Positions 55,116-64,000 of a stretch of 64,000 nt of DNA are shown in pieces. The position numbers and the translations under genes are program-made. The stretch lies in contig CM097888.1 in NCBI GenBank assembly GCA_044892525.1, positions 44,516,001 to 44,580,000 of the forward strand, written 5' to 3'. Under the pieces are notes generated by a model that saw only the letters and a list, made by a program, of their open reading frames with translations, had not been told where the DNA came from and ran no database searches. How positions within the stretch are numbered: the first letter of the stretch is position 1; every line of letters starts with the position of its first letter. The stretch is from Schmidtea polychroa. Its lineage: Eukaryota.

Positions 55116-57953
55116 CAGGCATGAGCAACATACGGCCCGCGAGCCTCTTTTGACCGGCCCCCAGTGTTCATTGATCCACACCATATAACCAGGCCCTTGA
55201 TAAGCTTTCAGGAATGTATGCAGTTGACGTTAGAGCTACACCATTAGTACAAATACGCATTTAATATAAGCGTGGTGGTGCAGCAGTAAACTTTTTAATT
55301 ATGACATTTTCATTATAGATTAGCATAAACATGAAAACATCTTTTGTCTATGAACAAGATTCAGTAATATAAAATCTCATAAGCGAAGACCGAATTTTAT
55401 GGCAAAATATTTATAAATCTTAAACTATAAATCGTAAAAGAAATTTTCTATCGATAAAGTTTGTAATTCTCATCATTTACCAAAAATGATATAGGTTTAT
55501 AAATGTAGTAATAGATGAAATAAGCTAATTAAGGATTTCAGTATTTGTTTTTGGGTTATCTAATTTAATATTATTCCTTCTCGTTTTAATAATTACTTTT
55601 AAAAGATTTGTTTATTTTATCAAATTATTTTCATTTGAAATTTACAATTTTTAAATAAAAATGTAAGTTGAATATTTATTTATTTTTCATTGTGTTCATA
55701 TAAATCAGGCATGGACAACATTCCACTAATATTTCCAATAATTCTGATGAACCACAGTTGAGGATGAGCACTATTACAAAAAAACGAAAAGTTGACAGTA
55801 AACACCGAGTATTTAATGATAAGTGGACATCGGATTATCTGTTTGTAGAATCAAACAATATGCTCGTTTATCTTGTTTGCTCGCAATCAATTTCCGTTAA
55901 AAAGGAATTTAATGTAAGACGGCATTACCAGACTCAGCATGCAAAAAAGTTCGATCAGATACAGAGACAATTAAGGAAAGATAGGATCGAATCTCTCCGA
56001 AAAGCACTTCTAGGCAACAGACATTCTTTATCAAAGTTAATAAAGAAGTTGAGTGTGTTGTGAAGGCGAGTTTCATGATAAGTGAGATAATTGCCGAGAA
56101 ACTGAAACCGTTTTCTGATGGGGAGTTTGTCAAAGAATGCATTGATGCTGATGTGGATTGTATCTGTCCCGAAAAAAATCAACTTTTCTCGAATATCAGC
56201 CTTTCTCGATTTACAATCGTAAGACGAATTGATGATATTGCAAAAAACATTGAAACAATCTTGAAAGAAAAAGCTGAACTATTTCAAGCATATTCAATAT
56301 GCCTTGATGAAAGCACGGATATGACAGACACCGCGCAGTTAGCAATTTTTGTGCGTGGGGTTGACGAGGACTTCCACGTTACGGAAGAACTGTTGAAATT
56401 AGCGAGCATGAAAGGGACTACAACTGGAGAAGATGTTTTTGACGAAATCAAAACTGCATTGGGAGAAAACGGGCTTTTTCTTCCAAAACTAACAGGAATA
56501 ACGACAGACGGAGCTCCGGCAATGGTAGGAATAAAAAATGGAGTACTTGGTTTATTGAAGGCGGAGCTAGTTAAAATGAAAGGAAGTGAGCAATTAATTG
56601 CATCACATTGCATAATCCACCAAGAGAATTTATGTGTAAAAGAACTAAAGATGGACCATGTGATGACAGTTGTTGTGAAAACCGTGAATTTCATAAGATC
56701 ACGTGGATTGAATCATCGACAATTCAAAGAGTTTCTCACTAGCATTGAGACAGAATACTCGGATGTAATTTACTTTAGCGAAGTTCACTGGCTGAGCAGA
56801 GGAAAAGTATTGCATCGCTTTTATTGCCTTCGTGAAGAAATTAAACTTTTTATGGAGATGAAGTCGAAACCAATTCCGGAGTTATCCGATGCAAATTGGT
56901 TACTTGACTTGGCCTTTTTGGTTGACATCACAACGCATCTGAATGATCTAAACACGAAGTTACAAGGCCGGGATCAACTGATAAATAATCTTTACGATCA
57001 TATCAAAGGATTTCAGACAAAGCTAAAACTATGGGAGAATCAATTATCAAAGGACATTACGGTGCATTTTCCAAATCTAACTGATTGCAAAAATGTTGCA
57101 AATTTAGCTAACACGAAGAAATTTAATGAACACATAATTGCATTGAAAACACAGTTTTCTTCAAGATTTGCTGATTTTGCCGAACATGAAAATGATTTCA
57201 AACTATTTTCTGAACCATTCAGTGTTAATGTTGAGACTGCACCAGAATCAATGCAAATGGAGCTCATTGAATTGCAGTGTAATGGCGATCTGGAAAGAAA
57301 GTTTCGTGACGTCTCTTTGATTCAATTCTACAAACTCTACATTTCTCAGAAAGCGTTTCCATCAATCCGATATTATGCGCTGAAAATGGTCTCACTTTTC
57401 CCCAGCACTCACATCTGTGAACAATTCTTTTCTAAGATGAAACAAACAAAGTGCAAAAACAGATGTCGGCTCACTGATGATAACTTGTCAAACGAATTAC
57501 GAGTAGCAACATCAACTATCAAGGCAAATATTTCAGATTTATGTCGTGATAAGTGTCAAATGTCACACAGACCAAAACCAGAACAAGATTGATATTGATA
57601 TGTTGGGTATATTTGAGTAGTATATGCAAACTTGAGAAGCATAAAAAATATAAATTCGAACAATCCAGAGTTTGTGCGAGTAAATAAACTATAAATATGG
57701 GATTATTAAAGTTAAATTTGGGTATTTTCATAGTTTGTATATTTTGCCTTCCAATAACAACTAGTATATAGTATATAATATATAATGTATAATATATAAT
57801 ATATGCCTAATCATGAATATTTAAATGATCTTTGCTATTAAAAAGATATATTATTGGAATATATATTAATAAATTCGTGCTAAATACATCCGGCCCCCGA
57901 AACATTTTCAAAGACTGAACTGGCCCCTAACAAAAACAAGTTGCTCATGCCTG
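55116..57953 (+). mobile_element. Full-length hAT-Charlie/SPIN-type DNA transposon, 2838 bp
   Basis: 14-bp TIR CAGGCATGAGCAAC ... GTTGCTCATGCCTG; perfect 8-bp TSD CTTTAGAC (55108-15 and 57954-61); contains the transposase. Confidence 0.97.
55764..57592 (+). pseudogene. hAT transposase (SPIN / GTF2IRD2 / EPM2AIP1-like, ~610 aa) broken by one frameshift near 56010
   Basis: BED-finger N-terminus KRKVDS..RVF...W...Y...LVC...RRHYQTQH. The second frame resumes QQTFFIKVNKEVECVVKASF and carries LDESTD, TTDGAPAM, HCIIHQENLC, EVHWLSRG and STHICEQFFS. Confidence 0.93.
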
Positions 57954-59720
57954 CTTTAGACCGTGCGCTCAATCCACCTATTTTCTCATCACTACTAAAG
58001 CTTCTTTAGAAAACTTATGAGGCCATATTAAGAAAAACGTTAACAGAAACATTAAATATATTTCGATTTGTTTAATTCCTACAACTATTCTGTGAAGTAC
58101 TGTGTTATTTGGACATAACTGATATAGATGATCAACATCTACTTTTTGGGAACTCATCTGATGAATTCTAATGCTCACTAATTATAAATCTCTTCGAGAT
58201 TCCCTCGGTAAACTAAACCAGCAACTTTATATTACCGTTCCATATTGTTGTCCGTGTATGTTTCACAGTTAATTTCATTGTTTCATGAAAAAAATAATGA
58301 TATATTAACCAATGCCAGGAAATGCAAAATTTTGTTTAAATGAAACAGTTGTAGTCTGGCCTTCAACCAAGGTCAATTGGAACTCAGGAATTGTCAAAAG
58401 ATTATGAAACAAATGTCAAATGTTTGTTTTCAAAAATGTTATTTTAAACAATCAATTTTTCACAGAGATATTGTTCATTCATTAACGGTAAAATATTTAT
58501 TCCAGTGATTGTCCATCTGAGATGGGAGATCTCCCAAAAGAATTGGCAAATCTAACGGTTGTCATCAATCTCGATTCGAAGCCGTCCACATAAACCGTCA
58601 CAAATATTATTTGCTGGATAAGATCTAATTTAGTCGAAATTTTTACTTAGAAAATTCTTTATTTTAAAATTTTGAAAATTTTGCATTTCACCCGGTTTAT
58701 TTAGTAATTGGTCCAGATGGGCGATATCAGTTATAGAAAGCACAGACAACTAGATTTAACTCCACATAATTTAATCAACAGTCCCCCACAAGGAGATGGA
58801 GACAAAACCAAGTGTAGACAACATAATTATTACCCAATTAGCATATNNNNNNNNNNNNNNNNNNNNNNNNNNNNNNNNNNNNNNNNNNNNNNNNNNNNNN
58901 NNNNNNNNNNNNNNNNNNNNNNNNNNNNNNNNNNNNNNNNNNNNNNNNNNNNNNNNNNNNNNNNNNNNNNNNNNNNNNNNNNNNNNNNNNNNNNNNNNNN
59001 NNNNNNNNNNNNNNNNNNNNNNNNNNNNNNNNNNNNNNNNNNNNNNNNNNNNNNNNNNNNNNNNNNNNNNNNNNNNNNNNNNNNNNNNNNNNNNNNNNNN
59101 NNNNNNNNNNNNNTAGAAAAAAATATCTATATATCGATCTTCTTTTCAATAATCTTCATATTAATATTTGTAAGACTATAGATCAAAAACAATGTATAAG
59201 GTGCATGGTATTTCGGCACAGCCTTTATTAAGTGTGTAATTCCTAAAGTATGTGAATTTCTAAAAGTATTGAAATTCTAAATTAGTGGTTCTTAAATTTT
59301 TACATCACATACGACACGTTAAAATTTCAAAAATCTGTGAAACTCCAAATAAAATGTTAGCTTTGTTATTGTGGAATAACAAATATGGAACAGAAGTGAT
59401 TGACAGATGAGTATATAAGGAATAAAGTTAAATAAACATGAGTTTTTTATAAATAAGGCATTTAGGTCAGGGCCCAAGGATGGAATCTAACCACAATCTT
59501 GCTATTACTTCTCGTAAATTATTTTCTTCATTATTAATTTTGAAACTAATTTTAACATATTTGGCATGAATTTTTTTACATCAATTATTATTTCTCAAAT
59601 TTTTGGAATATGAAAATAATTAAAATGTTTCTTGAATATAATTTTGATTTTTTTTTACCTTCGTGGATCACGGTTTTATAACCTCTTTTTGATATGGAAT
59701 TCTTGATGCACTCATGGATT

Positions 59721-60052
59721 CAGGGTGACCAGATTAATCTTACAGTCACCCGGAAAGTCTTTTATAGAAACCTGGAGAATTTAAAAAAAAACGGATAATT
59801 TATTTGTCATTTTATATAAGATTATAATTAGATAAAGAATTTATTAAAATAAAAAAATTATTTATTAAATTTAAACGCAAAATAAACAAAAATTATTCTC
59901 GTTAAATACCCAACGGAGCTAAATGAATGTTTAATTTCAAATTTCTGATTTAAAATATTCTAAGTCACTTTTAACGAAATAATAAAAAAAAATGGCTTGA
60001 ACCGCCCAGAGACTGGAGATATGTAGGAATAAACGGTTAGGTGGTCACCCTA
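59721..60052. mobile_element. hAT (Tip100/hATm-like) MITE, ~330 bp
   Basis: TIR CAGGGTGACCA ... TGGTCACCCTA; the TSD is not recognisable. Confidence 0.65.
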
Positions 60053-63000
60053 CTTATTATTCTAAATATATTTGGTAGTAAAGGATATTTTTATTCCAAT
60101 CCGTCCTAGAACGTTAGGGTTAGTTAAAGGGTCGTTTTTTTCTGGTTGATATTAATTTCCGAATCCATCAAACGGATTGAACATTACCTTTATTCTTAAG
60201 TTTCTTAAATCCCCATAAAGTAAAACCAATAATTATTTTCTCCTATTTAAAATATTTATTGCCTAATTAACGCATTGGCTACATAAAGCGACCGACTAGC
60301 TCAACACCAATCACTATTTCTGGCGTCGATTTAATGCGATACCCGTATGCAATTGGTTGCTATCTCGGTTCGAACTCTAGGTGTACTCAGTTTCCCTATA
60401 ATTGTTGCTATTGAATAAAATAAAAAAAGGTTGATATTTATCAGTACAATTCTCAATGTCAATTTCATGTTTATTATCATTCATAAAAAGTTGAACTGTT
60501 TCATGACGCTTATCAATTATGATAGAAAAAAAGACTAAAAAAGGTCACTTGTCTATTAAAAATCAATAAAAGCCTAACAATAATTCCATTAGTGATGCTG
60601 ATAATAAATAATAATATCCTCATGAAATTGTTATAGTATTACTACAGTCAGTTCCATCATTCGTCCACTAAAATCAGTGACGCAAGCCGCAGCGCGTGGC
60701 ATGACCAAGACTATTTCGATGCGATCAGCTGGCATCACACATCAGATAGTTGGTTTCCCTACTAACAAAAGGCCTGTGTTGCAGTCTCACCTGGTAGGAT
60801 AAAAACAAAGAATTTCTCCTAACATTATTCGATTGAGCAGCAACATCAGTGATCCATATCCGGAGGAGGCGAGTTGAATTGTTTTATGCGCATAACATCG
60901 TCATGAAGTAGATTACCGACTATTTTTATGCAATTTTGTCTATTTCACTTCGCATATTCCCAACGCAAAAAATTTTCATATTTTTTGTTGGATTTTTTTT
61001 TCGTAAACGAGAAAAAATATTTTGTAAAAAAAAATTGAGATTTTAATTCAATAAGAAAATTTTAATGGATTTTTTTTAATAGTTAGAAAAAATAAATTAA
61101 TTGAAATAAAAAAAAATTTTTGTTTGTTTGTATGAATTGGTAATTGTTGATTAATTTTAGATTAGCGGTAAAAGTTGTGAATATTTACGATTTTTAAAAA
61201 AAAATTTTTTTTCTTAGTTGATTTAATCTTAAAAAATTAATTAATAAAAAATTTATTTAATATGACATAATCCGGTGAAATGAACCTGCCATGTCAACTT
61301 GTGGAAGATTTGATCGATTTTGTTTTTCAGTACTGAAACATGTGGCAAACACAAATTAGCACATCGTTTTTAATGATAAAAAAAATAAAAAATAAATGCA
61401 AACTCTACACAAAAAGATAATATGACTTTCACACAGAAGCTCTGGTGAAGCCAACAACTTGTCAACGACGTCAGAACTGAATTCTTTCAACAATTATTTT
61501 TTATTATTTCAAACCATTTAAAAAATATTATTGTTTACTCCCCCACTGAATGAGTGTTTTGAAAATCTTTTGTTTGTAAAAAACTGCTGTCAAATATGAT
61601 ATATCTTAGTTAATGATTGTTTTATTAAACAGGCTTTTGTATAATGCGCTTCCACCAAATTGTCAGTGATTGTTAATTTGTTTATTATGTATAGGTGTTT
61701 GTTTTAATGGAGTAACTTTACTCGCAGGCAATCTCTATTGCCATTTCCTATGTCATATTTTCTTGTTTCAACTAATGTTCCCAGCCACAAATAATATATT
61801 TGTTTCATTAATGAAATTGTTTGAAATTGTAATATAGTATGCGACGCNNNNNNNNNNNNNNNNNNNNNNNNNNNNNNNNNNNNNNNNNNNNNNNNNNNNN
61901 NNNNNNNNNNNNNNNNNNNNNNNNNNNNNNNNNNNNNNNNNNNNNNNNNNNNNNNNNNNNNNNNNNNNNNNNNNNNNNNNNNNNNNNNNNNNNNNNNNNN
62001 NNNNNNNNNNNNNNNNNNNNNNNNNNNNNNNNNNNNNNNNNNNNNNNNNNNNNNNNNNNNNNNNNNNNNNNNNNATATTTATTTAATTAATCAAAGACCG
62101 TATCGAAGTTTGTAACAAATTGTCTCATCTTTTTTCTAAAAAGCTTGTCCATGCACTGTTGGTGTTCCATAACAATTTTATAATTGTAATTTTGAAAAAA
62201 TTGTTCTTTTTTTATCTTTTGTAATGCTTTTTGTATTTTAACGTTAGATTTGTCATTAGTTGGATTATGTTATATATTAAATTATAAAAAATTTTTACAT
62301 TTTTTTGTCCATAAAAAAAAGTCCAAAACACAATTCTAGCATCTTCAATCAATAATCCATAAATTCTAAAATTTGTTTATCCTGAGCTGTTGACACAGAA
62401 AAAAAACGGTGTTATCTCAACATGGCTCCTCTATCTCTGCCACATGATGCCTCTACTTCCGTCTCGCTGTCAAATCAGATAGATTCTGAGTCAACACAAC
62501 CGGTCCAATGGTCCAAATGATCAGTACACTCTACCTACGACCTACATTGCTTTTGCTCACAATTTCTTTTTCTCGACAACGAGAAAAAAAATATTAAAAC
62601 TTTTATTTTAAGTTCATCGTCAATCACATTATTAAGAAATTAGTGGGGAAATTTACTTAGGAGTGATGGGCTGATGATGGAATTTAGTTTTGTTTAACTA
62701 AGTTGGGATTATGCGGGAAATCAATTGTCAAGGAGATATTATAATCAACATGGAAAAGAAAATATTAAGACACCCATTCCGGTATGACAAATTGTGACGA
62801 CGATGCCACCAGTGAATTTTTTTTATTAAAGGTTTTTCCTGTTCGTTTTTAAATGCATGAAATGTTGAATGTAGATGTATATTTTATTATAATAGAGGTT
62901 AACAAAAATCAATGATAAAATATAAAAATCTTATTAACAATTTTACTATTTAATTACGAGATTTAAGTCAAATCATTAAAATAAATAAGGATACTTAAGA

Positions 63001-63693
63001 TTTATTTTCAACTAAAACTGATTATTCCTAAAGAAGGAAGTAATTATATTGAAAATATCTTGAATAAGATACACACATGCACACATAATACAATATCGAA
63101 ACCTTTGATATTCAGACATACATTCCACAATATCCAGTTATACAAATTCACTATGTATAAATGTTATATAATTTCAAATAGGTATTATTTACAGTCATTC
63201 TACAAGTATAACTTCAAATTTTTGATACAGCCTTTATCACGTGTTTGTGTGTCGATTGTTGTAGATTTGTAATAAACATGAAACGAGATCGATGTATTCT
63301 TTTAAAGCCTAAAGTTCATTATTTATTTCGCGCTTCATAAATAAAAATGGCATTTTTGTGATAGATTTTCATTATTAACAGTACTTCTGGTTTGATTGTT
63401 ATTCTTGCTTTCTAAACTAGTTTTAAAACTGCTAAAAGTTTCACTCTTTTCATTTTTAACTGTTTTCTTTCATCTTTATTTTGAATTCTTCTTTTATATT
63501 TTTCTATATTCGCAACCACTCATTAATATTCTTCCATCTCTCATTTTATTTATTAAACTATCTTTTTAAGTTTGAAAAAATCTAGAAACTTTTTATTTAC
63601 AAATATTTTCTGTATCATTAATTCCTGAAACAAAAAGATTCTTGTCATATGTTCCCATCTTGTATATTGTTTTCCTTATAATTGGTGTACACT

Positions 63694-63695
<2 letters not shown>

Positions 63696-63770
<75 letters not shown>
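63696..63770. repeat. (TA)n microsatellite
   Basis: Direct read; explains ORFs 63593-63880 and 63642-63848. Confidence 0.97.
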
Positions 63771-63776
<6 letters not shown>

Positions 63777-64000
63777 ATTTTCAAGACAGTCAGATTGAGA
63801 GAGACAGTAACATTATTGAACATAATGAGATATGCAAGTTTAAAATAAATATTTTCAAATGTTAATTGGATTACGAGCATATGATTATATAATTACTAGT
63901 GTGCCTATAAGTATTGTCATTTGTTTAGTGTCTCATGATGAATGCTGAGTGGCCAAAATATATTGCAAAGTATATTTCAAATAATGTTCGTTTATTAGTA

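Larger units (their letters stand above)
54860..58620 (+). mobile_element. Highly decayed Tc1/mariner-like (possibly maT-type) element interrupted by the hAT insertion
   Basis: KRSGAGGHNIKR near 54880 (cf. K.GSGGHN.KR), an SDE motif near 58155 and SRFEAV near 58570, in order on either side of the hAT. Motif-level evidence only. Confidence 0.35.

Noticed and set aside
55942-56015. Programmed -1 ribosomal frameshift in the hAT at A AAA AAG
   Set aside because: The -1 frame hits TAG at 55982 before the frames join and homology continues in frame 0, so the break is a simple 1-nt deletion or sequencing error.
1-64000. CRISPR arrays, rRNA, bona fide tRNA, operon-like prokaryotic systems
   Set aside because: No repeat-spacer arrays or RNA gene signatures seen; the sequence is spliced eukaryotic DNA.

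Overview
AT-rich (roughly 70% AT by eye) eukaryotic genomic window from a draft assembly. It has nine N gaps: 4628-4882, 12309-12558, 34844-35036, 38450-38665, 44345-44498, 45889-46020, 46227-46440, 58847-59113 and 61848-62074. The host is an intron-containing animal; composition and short introns fit a flatworm/planarian-like invertebrate, but the taxon cannot be fixed from sequence alone. Three host genes are supported. (1) The first coding exon of an ARMH1 (C1orf228) homolog on the minus strand at 866-1071, continuing off the left edge. (2) A complete RABGGTA (Rab geranylgeranyltransferase alpha) with no coding introns, minus strand, 16217-17917. (3) A five-exon NOVA/pasilla KH-domain splicing regulator on the plus strand, 20532-29427, 453 aa as modelled, whose third KH domain is degenerate and truncated. 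A ~620 bp copy of the NOVA intron-4/exon-5 junction lies 17 kb downstream with an intact splice acceptor and an early stop. The rest is mostly transposon material: one near-intact 2.84 kb SPIN/Charlie-type hAT with perfect TSDs and a single frameshift, two defective Tigger/pogo elements, a deleted mariner, about eight MITEs, Penelope and hAT remnants, a 43-bp minisatellite and microsatellites. I found no CRISPR, rRNA or convincing tRNA. I did not find a clearly new multi-gene system; the strongest leads are the NOVA KH3 decay, the duplicated NOVA terminal-exon fragment and the young hAT.
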